Positions 49,179-63,470 of a stretch of DNA of 64,000 nucleotides are shown one piece after another. Numbering within the stretch: the stretch's first letter is position 1; each line of letters starts with the position of its first letter. The notes beneath the pieces are model-generated. The model did not search any database. It was not told the DNA's origin and saw only the letters and a list, made by a program, of their open reading frames with translations. This DNA is from the human T2T-CHM13v2.0 reference genome, Homo sapiens. A program made the position numbers and the translations under genes. The stretch is taken from assembly GCF_009914755.1 (NCBI RefSeq), contig NC_060932.1. One strand, given 5' to 3'.

Positions 49179-50859
49179 AAACTATACGCAGACAACCCAC
49201 AGTAAGGATAATAATTTATTACAACAGCATTTCAACTCTTATGGCTTTGAAGACTTTAAGTGGTTAAGTATATCCCTCAGAATTTCAAGACTAAATTATC
49301 TCTACCTTGAGCCATTACGTACTTTCCATGAGTAAGACCGTATAGATTACAGGACAGCTAAAACTTCACCTAAATCCCCAAAATAAAATTTTAAAGCAAG
49401 CCCAATCTAATATTTGAGCCTACAACTGGAGAAGGTTAGAAATTTTACAGAACTAGCACATATCATGAAAAGCTTTATAGATGGTGACATCTGAACAAGA
49501 TCTTCAAGAGGAGCAGTACCTGTCATTTAATAACAAGGACTGTGCTTAGCTCTCACAATTATACAACTCTTAAGTCACCACAGGTTCCATACCTGTAAAG
49601 TGGGAGTTGAAATAATAAATATAAAGTGTTTACCAAGATACATGAAACAAAGTTAGCATTCAACAGACAATAACAGTTGTTAAAGAAGGATGAACTGAAT
49701 TTTCTAAGGCCAAGAAAAGGGGAGTTCAAAGTAGGAATATTCTTTAAACAGAAATCCACTGAGACCTTCCCATGGATCATTACTTAGTCCTAATCAACAT
49801 CTTTCCTGTTACCCCTCATATCTTTATGAATGCTTGTCAAAAAAGGAAACAAAAGATAACTAACCTTACTATGGTAACATCTGGTATATTTGAAATGTAT
49901 TCATAATCCAATAACCAAATTAGACACAAATCTTCCTTTAAAAATTTCTCCTAAAGCTTGTCCTATTAAAAAAAATATGGGTTTTTTTCTAAACTGAAAA
50001 TCTATCATGAGTATACAACTCCATTATGAAGTTACATAAAAGTTAAAATAAGAATATACAATAGTCAGGGGCTGTTACCATCTCATTGATTCTGCCAATT
50101 TTACAAAACAGTAAGATTTTCACAGTCAAAAAGCAGTATTAACATATATGATATTCTAACAGTATTTTGTTTCTTAGAAAAATAAAAGAGTGGGGGAGGT
50201 AACAAAACAGACCTTGAAGGAAATACAACACTCTAGCATCACCCACAGAACATCTCCCTCCCTGGTTAACAAGGTTCTGGATTTTTCCCTTGCCTTTTTT
50301 TTTAATATGAAAGACTACACACATCTCTCAATATAACAGTTTTTGGCCAATATAAATTTGTATCTTCAAAACTTCGTACATAATTTTAAACAAAAGTATG
50401 TATGGAAAAGTCTCAAGTTACAATCCAAGTAAAATTTGTAGGACTTAATCTGTAGGGTCTCATAATCACAGTTTGAAAAGGAGGCCAAAAATCAGAATAT
50501 TAAGGGACTCCAACCCTTGAAAGTGACTGCTATAGAAGTCTTTCTTCTACAGATACCCTAATGCTTCCTATAACCCCAAACAAAGAAATTAAGAATACAG
50601 CGAATGGGGATGTAAACAAAGCTCTAGTTTCCCATTTTCCTACTCTAAATCATCAATCACTGAAAGAACATCATGAAATCTTCCCAGCTCTATAGTCACA
50701 TGAAGTGACTGGACATCTCAGTAACTTCTTGGCCTGAATTGCCCCATTCTCTCCAAAACCATCTGCCCCATTCCCTGACCAATTACACAGACTGCTTCAA
50801 GCTCTTTACCTCCTTCCCCAACTTTCTAAAGGCCTCAAATCCCACTTCATAATTATAGG

Positions 50860-51160
50860 TTTGTTTGACACAGGGTCTTGCTCTGTCGCCCAGGCTGGAG
50901 TGCAGTGGGGTAATCACGGCTCACCGCAGCCTCAACCTCCTTGACTCAAGCAATTCTCCCACCTCAGGCTTCCAAGTAGCTGGAACTACAAGTGTCGCAC
51001 CACTATGCCCAGCTAAATTTTTTTTTTTTTTTTGTATTTTTTGTAAAGCCGGAGTCTTGCCATATTGCTCAGGCTGGTCTCAAACTCCTGAGCTCAAGCA
51101 ATCCACCCACCTCAGCCTCCCAAAGCACTGGGATTACAGGCGTGAGCCACAGCACCCAGC
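50860..51160 (-). mobile_element. Alu (J-type)
   Basis: Antisense dimer with an expanded central T tract. Confidence 0.92.
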
Positions 51161-51921
51161 ACTTTCTTTTTTATTGTAGGTTTTTGTCTGCCTTTTTTTT
51201 CTGGCAATTTTATTTCATGGTATATTGTTTTATCATACATTGTAATATTTAGTGAAGAGCCGGCACATTTTCCACATACAACTGTTAACCATATTGTCTG
51301 GTAATCAGGAAACCATGTTTTAAATCTTTTCAATCTTACATTTTAGATTTTGTTCACATCTAGTCTTTTCACTGTTTTTTTAAGAAACTGGTTTAATGTT
51401 TTCTGCTGATGTATATAATTTTCCCTTTGCAAAATAGAAAAATGCTTGATTTTCAGAAATGCAATGTTAAGTGGGAGACACATTGATAGTCTGATTTTAA
51501 TAGTATAATTTATAAAATACACAAATCCTAAAGTGAACAGCTCAATGACTTTTAAAATACACATACATACATATGTGTGTACATTTATCTCCATCCTTAT
51601 GACTACCACCCTAGACCAAGACCCAGAACATTTCCATCAATGTTTTATCTTCATGTCCCTTTCTAATTAATACTACCCCACCGAAAGGGCTACTATTGCT
51701 ATCACTATAATGTTTTTCTTAAACTTTACATAATTAATCATATACATAAACGTAAAAAGGGAACATTTTCCAACTTATTTTATTAGAACACCAGTACCTT
51801 GATAAGAAAACCTGATAAAACGATTACAAGGAAAAAAATTACAAACAGATATCCCTCATAAACATAGATACAAATAATCTGCACAAAGTATTATCAAATT
51901 TAGCTATATCAAAATAGAATA

Positions 51922-52247
51922 GGCCAGGCGCGGTGACTCATGCCTATAATACAAGCACTTTGGGAGCCTGAGGCAGGAGGATCTTCTGAGGCAAGAAGTT
52001 CAAGAACAGCCTAGGCAACAAAACGAGACCTTGGCTCTACAAAGAAATAACCAAAATTTTAAAATTAGCCAGGTATGGTGGCACGCACCTGTAGTCCCAG
52101 CTACTCAGGAGGCTGAGGCAGGAGGACTGCTTGAGCCCAGGACTTCAAGGATACAGTGAGCTATGATTATGACACTGCATTCTAGCCTGGACAACAGAGT
52201 AACACTCTGTCTCTATAAAAGAAAAAAAAAACAAAAAAACAAAAAAA
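51922..52247 (+). mobile_element. Alu (J-type); a monomer fragment follows at ~52325-52450
   Basis: Dimer with A-rich tail. Confidence 0.9.
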
Positions 52248-52649
52248 TCAGGATAATATGTCATGATAAAGTGGGGTTTATCTCAGCAATGCAGGTTGTT
52301 TTAACATTAAAAAAAAATTCATACTTGAGTACAGTGGCTCGTGCCTGTCAGGTACTCAGGAGGCTGAGGCAGCAGGACTTCTTGAGCCCAGGAGCTTGAG
52401 ATCAGCCTGGGCAACGTATTAACAGCAAGACCTCATTTCTCAAAAAATAAAGATAAATACAAATTTTAAACACTATAATTCATCACATTATAAAAATTAA
52501 AACAGAAAAACTCATATGAGCAACTGAATAGATGCAGAAAAAGCATTCGACAAAAATCAACACCCTCTCATAATAATAAAAAAAAGAAAAAAAACCTCTC
52601 AGAAACCTAAGAATTGAAAGGAACCTTTTTCAATTTGAAAAAGGATATC

Positions 52650-53045
<396 letters not shown>

Positions 53046-53267
53046 TCAACACTATAATAGAGGTCCTGGTCAAGGCAAAGACATAGATGAAGATATAAAG
53101 GTCAGAAAAGAAAACTATTTTTATTTGCCAGTAACACATTAACAGATTTATTTTGATTTTCTATACTCAGATCACCAGAACTAATAAGCGAATTTATAAT
53201 AAGGCCAAAAGATAAACTAATAGGACAATCTATTTCTATATACTAGGCCAAGAATTGTAAAATTAAA

Positions 53268-53565
<298 letters not shown>

Positions 53566-54387
53566 GAAAATTAAACTTAAAAGCCAAAAATTATTATTTA
53601 CAATATCATCAAAAAACACCCAGACCACCACATTAAGATCTATCACACATTGCTTAGAAAAATTAAACAAGACTTAAATAACTGGATATACAATGTTCAT
53701 TACTGTATTGTTCAATATTGTTCATAAGTCAATTCTCCCAAATCAATCCATAGATTCAACACTGCCCCAATATTTAAAAAAGGAAAATATATTAATTCAA
53801 CTTATAAACTGCTGAGACTTCCTATCCACAAGCCAACAAATTCAGTTGAACACTGTAATCAATAACAAAGAAATAACCAAAATCTATGAGAATAAGAACG
53901 TGGAAAATCAACCAAAGGTATCACCAAATGAACCAAAGATTTCATTACTGTTTTAGTCAAAGAAAAAATTTACTAATCATTGGGTTCAACGTCAAACTTC
54001 TATAAAACACTTAAAATGACTCATTTTATACAATTTTTAAGAAAGGTATAATATAAAATAAAAATACAAATGTATTTTAGTTTACTTTTCTAGGTAAAGA
54101 AGTTAATATACACCTAAATCCAACTCTAAAATTATGTGAGCTACGAATCAATGACATTATAAAAATGTATGCAAATAATGTTCAAATGCAAAATTAAAAT
54201 ATTCAGGGATAACTGTTTTAAAGTTAGATTTTTCTCTAACTGAAAACTGTTAAAAAAAATACAGAAAACCATTGAATTTACAATAAATTCCTTGCAGTTT
54301 AAACAATTATAGATGAATCTGAAATCAAAGATTTGTGAACACTTTACAAAAATCAGCATCACTAACCCTTAAAGAACCAAGTTTTGG

Positions 54388-54592
54388 GTTTTTTTTTTTT
54401 AATCTTTTATTTTAGGTTCAGGGGTACACATGAAGGTTTGTTATAAAGGTAAACTTGTATCACGAGGGTTTGTTGTACAGATTATTTCACCATCCAGGTA
54501 TTAAGCCTAGCACCCAAGAGTTTTTTTTTTTGCTTCTCTCCTTCCTCCCTCCACCCTCAAGTAAATCCCAGTGTCTGTTGTTCCCTTCTTCG
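54388..54592 (-). mobile_element. L1P 3' end fragment
   Basis: Poly-T followed by ttttattttaggttcaggggtacacatgaaggtttgtta...ccaggtattaagcctag. Confidence 0.85.
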
Positions 54593-54722
54593 TAGAACAA
54601 GTGTTTTTTTAATTTCCACAAAAATCTCCATCACTCTCTCATTTGCTTCTAACGACTGAAACCTCTGTTGCTCCCAGAAGACAAGATTTAATTCATTTAT
54701 CCGTTTAAAGTAAGAGTCTACC

Positions 54723-55037
<315 letters not shown>

Positions 55038-55250
55038 TTAGGCACTGGGAATGCAGCAATGAGCAGGACAGATAGGATTCCCTTGTCTCATGGGGTGTAC
55101 ATTTCACTGAGGGACAGCAGCTAAACCAAAGAAGTAAATAAATAAACCGTCAGGTATGTTAGATAGTGGTTAAGAGCAAATAGAAAAGACAGAACAGGGA
55201 TGGGGGTACAGTGATGGCAGGAGGATGAGTCCATTTTAAATTGTTTGATC

Positions 55251-55400
55251 GGGCTGGGTGTGGTGGCACACACCTGTAATCCTAGACTTTGTGAGGCCAA
55301 GGTGGGAGGATTGCTTGAGCCTAGGAGTTTGAGACCAGACCAGATGACACAGCAAGACCAAGCCACATACATACATAGGTACACACATACATACATACAT
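55251..55400 (+). mobile_element. Alu monomer (FLAM) with a (CATA)n tail
   Basis: Single arm followed by catacatacat repeats. Confidence 0.85.
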
Positions 55401-55584
55401 AGGGTGATCAAAGGAGGACACATTTTAGGGTTCCCATATAATTTATTGCCCAAACCAGGACACTTAGGAGGCTGGGAGTGGGAATGCTAAACACATGGAA
55501 GACCCAGTCAATAAGCATAATATGGGGCATGCTGTTATTCTCCTTCACTTAGAAGGTCATATTTGGGCAAAAACCCCATATCCA

Positions 55585-55921
<337 letters not shown>

Positions 55922-56734
55922 CTAAAATTACATACAAAGAGGAAAAAATTGGGCAAAACTAGCAGTCTCTTCCCCAAATACTAATAATGAGGACCAGAAA
56001 AAGAATATGAGAAAAAGTTTAATACCCACTGCCTTATGTTTGTGGATGAGTTGATGTTACTAATATTCAAAAATAGAAATGAAAAGGGAGAGTTCACCAG
56101 TCTTTCTGTTAAGACATCTGTTGAGAGAACCAGAATGAGGCATGTGTTTCCCACAGGAGGATATTTAAAGGCCGATTCACTCCTCTCATGGAGCTATTTT
56201 TAAGGAATGTGGATTAGGATAGATCGGCAAACTGTGGCTTGTTTCTAGTGGGCCTCACTTTTAACCCATGCCTGTGTCTCTGGTTAAACCACCACCTCGT
56301 AGGCACGAAGAACTGGAAAGATAGCCATAACCCCGTATTCACTCTGTTCCAGCCACAATGCCATTTTCCCAGCAAGAGCCTTTGCTCTACCTATACAATC
56401 AACTTGGAACTTTCTTTTCCCAAGTATCCACTTGGCTAACTCCCATATTTCCTTCAGGTCTTCAATAAAATGCACCTTTTCAATGCAGTCTACACATAGA
56501 CATTCTATATAAGACTGTCATCTGACCTCACCTTCACTGTAACACTTAACACCTTCTATCACACTAACCAATTTACTTACTTACTTGGTTCTCATTAAAT
56601 ATCTGTGGAATGAATGAATGAATAGTACGCAAACATCTGAGAGTAGAAGACATGGTACATATATCAAAATGCAAAAATTACACAAAAAAGAAAATTCCGT
56701 TATGATCCTACCATTTTTCTATTTGGGTGTGTAC

Positions 56735-57010
56735 GGCATATTGATTAAGAATACAGGCACTGCAGTTAGATTCCCACTGTTCAGAATCTTGCTCTGCCTT
56801 TTATTTTAGCTGAGCAACAATTGCCAAGTTATTTAATCTCTCAGTACCTCAATTATCGCATCTGGAAAATGGGGATAATGATATTTCCTATCTCAGAGAG
56901 CTTACAAACATTTGTGAGAATGGAATAACATGTATGTTTTTTGTGCATGTTTAATGCACAGAACACAGCATGGCATGTAGTATTTCTGAATAAATTTTAG
57001 CTATTACTAT
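56735..57010 (+). mobile_element. MIR
   Basis: caagttatttaatctctcagtacctcaattatcgcatctggaaaatggggataat is the MIR core. Confidence 0.8.
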
Positions 57011-57074
57011 AAGAAGCACAGCTCTCTTTTAAAATGCCATGATTTGAGGTAAAGCAGAAAGAAACTGTAAAATT

Positions 57075-57398
57075 GACCAGGTGTGGTGGCTCACACCTGT
57101 AATCCTAGCACTTTGGGAGGCCGAGGTGGGTGGATTACTTGAGGTCAGGAGTTCGAGACCAGCCTGGCCAACATGGTGAAACCCTGTCTCTACCGAAAAT
57201 ACAACAATTAGCCAGGCTTGGTGGTGCACGTTTGTAATCCCAGCTACTTGGGAGGCTGAGGCAGAACTGCTTGAACCAGCCTGGGCGACAGAGCAAGACT
57301 CTGCCAGGAAAGGACAGGAAAGGACAGGAGAGGGGAGGGGAGGGCAGGGGAGGGCAGATGAGAGGAGAGGAGAGGAAAAAGGAAAGGAAAAAGGAAAG
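57075..57398 (+). mobile_element. AluS with right-arm deletion followed by a ~95-bp purine-rich repeat
   Basis: ttgaacc joined directly to agcctgggcgac; tail of (GGACAGGAAA)/(GGGGA)/(GGAAA) units. Confidence 0.9.
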
Positions 57399-60300
57399 CA
57401 TTCATTCATTTATTAGCCACCCACTATGGGCAGAGTGCTATGTTAAACCCTGGATAAATACTTTTACTCTAAGAGAAAAAAGAAAACACAAACTCAATGA
57501 AATTAGAATGGCCAAAAGTTTGACACGGAAGATTTATTTCTGACAGCTGAATGATCCTAAAACTAGATTTACCTACAAAACACTGTATTAATCACAAGAT
57601 TTTAGCTCTGAAAGAGCCTTTTAAAATCAAATCTAACCCTACAAAGAATTTATTCATTCATTAAAGTAATAATCATTTATGTCAACTATTTGTCAAGAAG
57701 AAAAAAAACTGACATTATGTCTGTGAAGTTTACAGTCTAATAGAAGACAGAAATCCAAAAAAGTAAAATATATAATGACAAATCACAGTAAGTGCTATAC
57801 AAGACCAGAAGAAAAGGATATAGGAGGGGACACTAGAGAAAACTTGGTTTAGACTGACAGGAATGAGAGCACTGGAGTGAGATTCCCACAGTAATTTTTG
57901 CATTTTAATGTCAGTACCATGCATTCTACTCTTAGGTATTTTTCTGTGCACACTAGTCATTGATTCATTCAACAAATATTTAACAAACACCTAGTATGTG
58001 CCAAGCATATGGCAGTGAGCAAAAGATGAAGACACCTGCTTCCTCATGGAGCTCATTTAAGCTGAGACCGAAAAGGTTAAGTAGGAGTTGGCTAGTCAGA
58101 GAATGCAGAGATGATGGTTCTAGGAAGGTGCAACAGAAGGTATAAACGCCTGAGAGGAAGAGTTCGGGGTGTTTGAGGCACTGAAAAGCCAAAATAATTG
58201 TGCTATTAATGAGCAAAAGGACAACGGCCCAAAGCTGGAGAAATCAAGAGATCAGATCAGGATTTAACAACCAAATATCTGACACTCTTTAGTCCTTCCT
58301 AGCCTTTCAAAAACATGAAATAAATAATGTAAAAACTGGTATAATCAAATAACTTCCCAAACAGGGCTTTCTGCATTTGATAGTCTTGCAACCTAAAATA
58401 CCACTGTGAACATTTACATTTAATTCAATATTCTGAATCAAAACTGTCTTTAAACCTAGAAAATCATGATGTAGTTGAACCCATGTTAAAACAAAGTCCT
58501 TTTTAATACTTTAAAATATAATCTTCCTTGGATGGGACCTAAGGTGGATTCTTTACACCAAATTCAACCGCACAGTGAGCTTGGTTCAAACACCCCAGAA
58601 GGCTTTAAGGGTACCTTAAAGGTTTCAGTTCAAGGTATATAAATATAGTCTGCTCTATTATTTTTAGCTTGTCCTGGTATTTTATGTGTCTTCTTAAATT
58701 GGGACACTGCTGTGCTTTTTGAGGTTAATGTGACTGATAAAATCAAATGTGTGGTTTAGAATGTCTAACTGCAGATAGAGATTTGTATATTCTTTGGATT
58801 TGAGCTTTTCACTGTGTCTTTATCTACAAGTTGTAACTTTTATACTTGAATATAACCAATTCAGCCAATTCCTATACACCAACATCTTTGTCCTTATCAC
58901 ACAGATAAAAATTAACCAGCATAACAACAAGGTTTCCTGCCTCCCTGTCCTGGTACAAGAGTAACATGAGGGGAGAGAGAGGAAGTTTACTAAGATAGTT
59001 ACACACTGGGCAATCACAATGGAAGCAGTGTGTGCAGCACCAGGAAGGAACAGGATGACAGCTCCCAGGTTTTGTCAGAACCTCCTCTGAACAACTGGAA
59101 AGCAAAACCATGTATATGAGGAGATGGCTTGCTGCAGCCCTACATATGAAACTGATTCTGACCCTTAACACTATCCCTACCTTTTCCCATCTTTTATACG
59201 TGTGAGCTCTGTTCCCTCTCACCCAACCCTAACCTCTATCATAATGCATATTTCAGTTAAAAATAGTTGTACTCATTTGCTCTGACAGCCAGCAAACTTA
59301 ATTGAAAAATAAGTTGTTTCCATCAATCACTTTGGGGTGAGCAAAAACACTATAATCTCTTTTCTTCCAAAGTTCACGGTTTTAAAGTCACACTGAATAA
59401 AAAGAAATCCAGTAGCTGATAATTTAATATTCTGTTGGTACTGGATGTGTAGATCTTGAATACAGCTTAGGCTTTGTGAAGGAAATCAGAGCCTTAGTGT
59501 TAATCATCAGTGCTAACACAATGTTATCATACAATGGAGGTGGCAATATGCAAACGAACCCCAGCAAATCCAGGAAAAGACCAAAATTTTCAAGAAGTAT
59601 AGAATTCTTTGGCTCTGAACACTATTAGTCACACTCACTTATACTATACATTTCTGATGCTCAGAAACTAAAATTTTAAAAAGTTCCCATTCCCAAAGCC
59701 CTTTAAAATCCAAGAGTGTAAATTTAACTCAGCAAAATATTTACTCTGAGTATCTAATTACATAATCAAGTGAACAAAATGAATACTAAAATAGTTCTAA
59801 TATCACGTTTTGTAAATGTTTAAAAGCCTAGGAAAGAATCAATAGATGTCAGCAACAACTAAATAAAAGCGATTTTAATGGTGAAACTGTAGTTTGGTGC
59901 TAACTTGGTTTAGTACCCAGTGGTACTAAAATTTTTACCCTGAAAACTAAAATCAATCAGTCTATACCTCTACTCATAAAACTGCAGCCTTTTACAACAG
60001 TGCAGCTTCCTCCTTTTAAAAATCTTTCCTAAGGGAGTAACATGACATTTAAATATATTAGAAATAATAACAAAAAATATTTATTATATTCTTCATTAAG
60101 AACTTTATTTCCTAACTTAAATATTTCTACTACTCTAAGCAAAACAGCTGATTTGCTTTTAGTCAAGCACCAATTACATAGCATTTTTAACTTCTAAATA
60201 TGTTTCCCAAATACTGTCTTGAATGTTACAATGAAAATGCTATTATTTTATATTTACATTTTTATGTGAACAAAAACCCTAACAACATTAAAGAAGAAAA

Positions 60301-60779
60301 TTGTTTATGTATGGTATTCCTAAGCCCACCTTACAATAATACCGAGTTTCAAATTGAATATACAATCTTTACAGTGAGTAAAGAAAACTAATTTTTAAAA
60401 TAAGAAAATACATGTTACTCTTATTTCCTACAACCCTGTTTAAGTTAAAATTCCTCTTTATTCCTTAAAAACTTCCATATTACAGAATACAGATGTCTTA
60501 AAAGAAAAAAATAAAACTATTGAGACATAGGACAGAGCATTAAAAGATAGCTTAATGCACTTAAAATTCATTTCCATAAAAAATATTTTCATTTGCTATT
60601 TGAAAAGCTATCTAATTGGTTTTATGTAATAGCTGTAAACCCATACCAAATCTATTTCCATTTTTCCTTAAATTTAACTGTAAATATATTGAAATAAATT
60701 CTGAAAAACATTTATCTACCTTTTCGGTGCAAAAGCATGAATTCAAATAAAACGGAACATATTTTTAAGTTATTTATAC

Positions 60780-60879
60780 CTTTAGCCCAACACACTGGAA
60801 ATGGACTACATCCGCTTTTCTCCATATAGATGGCACCTGCTGGTTTCAGGGCCTCTTGGCCTGCCAGTTCCAACAACAT
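60780..60879 (-). CDS. PTK2: Alternative upstream PTK2 coding exon portion giving an N-terminally extended FAK (exon probably 60780-~61098)
   Basis: ATG at 60879 reads MLLELAGQEALKPAGAIYMEKSGCSPFPVCWAK then G|gtataa. The phase-1 donor joins AA of the 30745 exon to give EYDRYLASSKI-MAAAY with no stop. Matches my recollection of an annotated longer PTK2 isoform. Candidate acceptors at 61098 (tgtgtttcag), 61182 and 60911. Confidence 0.7.
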
Positions 60880-63269
60880 ACACCCAATCCTATAAAGATC
60901 AAGCCAGGAGTCTGCACACAAAGTCCCAGTTCCTCGCTGTGATAGTATTTGCTTCGATCCACAAGCAAGACTAAGGTTCCCCTGTGTGCTCCTTTTTTCA
61001 GAGCTTGAAGCAAAATTTGGAAGGTGTTCCTTCTGTAATATTTTCCAGCAGCTTGAAGAATGCCTCTCAGTTACAGAATCTTCTCATGCTTCCGCAATCT
61101 GAAACACAGACCATCCTGGCTAGATCAAGCTACTGAACAGAATGAAACCAGCTTAGTAATGTGACCCCATGGCTCTGTGTTCCTAGATTCATTCAGGGAA
61201 GGAGAAAGAGGGAGGGAAAAGAGGGAGGAGAAAAAGAAGGCCAGTAGCCAGTAACTTATTAATATGCTAATCTCACCCTTCTGTTCAATTCATCCAGCAG
61301 TCTTCTGTTTACAAAACTGACAACCGATTCTAAAATTGAGTAAGCTGCAAATCAAGTCTGACCCAGATCATGTCTGTAGATGGCTTCTCAAACCTTTTTT
61401 GTTTTCAAAGTCATGCCTTTGTCATTTTACTAACCTAATTCTTTATGACCTTAGAGTTAAAATAATTACTTTGATGAAATAAAAATCCTTTCTGGAAAAA
61501 AATTCCTGATCTATCTATGTCTCTATGTCTATAGGTACCCAAATATTTTTGCTGTAAAATATTTTTCCTGGTTGGTACTGTCATAGTAAGTGTATAAATT
61601 TTAAAAACTCTCTCGAAAACATAAAATCAAGAATTTGAGGTAGCCACATTCTTTAACATTAGCTTAGGGAATATTGAGGTATCCAAGAGGCATGATTTCC
61701 TTTCTTCGTTTCAAAACATAAGTGAGTAATAAACTCATACTAAAGAAGACAGACAGAAAACACCCTTACAATCTGTACTAGCAACTTTTTAAAATGCAGA
61801 GCTACTTAGTTTTTCCATTCAAACTGTGAGACAGTCAAGGTCATCTCAAAAATTTAGCTGTCTGAACACATTCCACTTTAGCAGTAAGATAATTAGTAAC
61901 TAGGCTCCTGGTGCCTTTGTTCTCCGAATGTACATAAGACACACTGAGACTCTACAGTTCTAGCTTTCCTAAATGTGGGTAATTTTGTTAGTAGTACATT
62001 TGTATAAACCAATCAAAAATCAAGTATTTTACTTAACAGTGAAAATGACCGAGGCTTTGTTTATGAAGTCACTAACTTCTGAAAACAATAGCTTAACAAA
62101 GGCTGAGGAGAACAAGAGGCTTATTTGTGTCCAGTGATGCCCCAGGACAGTTGTTTCATTTCTAACATGCTACTCTTGATGATGGCTTTGTCTCTAGGTT
62201 TACTTTCAGGCTCCTAATAGTAGCCAGAGTTCAAGTGACCTCTTCTATGCTCCACTGAAAACATATCATTCACCAGCATGAACTCTGACCCCAGGGAACA
62301 CTGGGAAGAAAGGGGCTCCAGAAAAACATGAGCAAGCTAGGAAAAGAACAGAGGAAACAAGCAACTAGATCAACTAGAATACATGAAAAAATATCCCCAG
62401 CCTCCACCATTATACTAAGAGACCAAGACTGTAAAGGACCACTGTCATGATGGGAAGGATAAGAGCACATCCACCAGCAAGCATATCTGACACACTCCTG
62501 TGAGAACGGACTGGAGTTTAATCTGAGCCATCGACTAATGGACTGTACAAATAATCCAAGCACACTGAGTCCATCTTGGAACTTACGGCTCTCAAAAGTT
62601 ACAAAATAAAAGCTACCTTCATTAGTAACCTACAATTATATTCTACACACTAAGTACTGATTACAACTAATTTTCACATCTTTTAAACAAACTTGGTATT
62701 ACAATTCTTTTAAAAATGAGAGCACTAAGACTAAAGACAGGGTCATAGACTAGGAAGAGGCACAGGAGTTACCAAGCCCACTCGGTCATCTACGATGCCA
62801 GGGTCTTCACACCACAGCACACCACCCTACCACAGGAAGGATTTTTTAGTCAGACTGAACACCTGCCACAGGACCAGGTGAGCAGGAGAGAGAGTGGTGT
62901 AAGCACAGGGTGGTGGTGACTGGAGCTAATGCAGTCGCAGTGACAGAGAGGATGAGAGGACAAACAAGAAAAGTGATGGAGAGAATGAGGGAGAGGGATG
63001 AACCTGGTTTCTGTGACTTTAAAGTGACCAGTAGATGGGGGCTTTCTCTCCTACCCCTGCAACTACTTCATAATTTATTTCAATATCCAAATATCATCTC
63101 CTAATGTGCAAGATCTTGAGAGTATAGGAAGATGTTAAGATATGAAAGAGCATAAATTCTCCAGGCCAGAGACCAAGGTGACTAAGTAGAGACCAGATTG
63201 AAACAGCAGCTATGGAAATGTTAGGAACCAACTCATGCCACAGAGAAGAGCTGAAGAGGATACAGGTGA

Positions 63270-63470
63270 TACTGCTAATAATAACCTATACCTTTTATCA
63301 AGCAACTATAGCTGTATATAAAATAACTGCATTTAACCCATAACACAATCTCAGTGAAGCAGCTACTTCCCTATTTTCATAGAAGATGAAAATGAAGTTC
63401 AGAGAGGCCAAGCAACTTGCCCAAGGTCAAAGAGCTGCAAAATGAGGCAAGTACTGGCTAGTTTGGTGAT
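63270..63470 (-). mobile_element. MIR
   Basis: tattttcatagaagatgaaaatgaagttcagagaggccaagcaacttgcccaaggtca. Confidence 0.75.

Larger units (their letters stand above)
56595..57983. repeat. Imperfect inverted repeat pair (56595-56681 and 57891-57983)
   Basis: Manual alignment gives about 72/87 identities plus one 6-nt gap. Confidence 0.85.
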
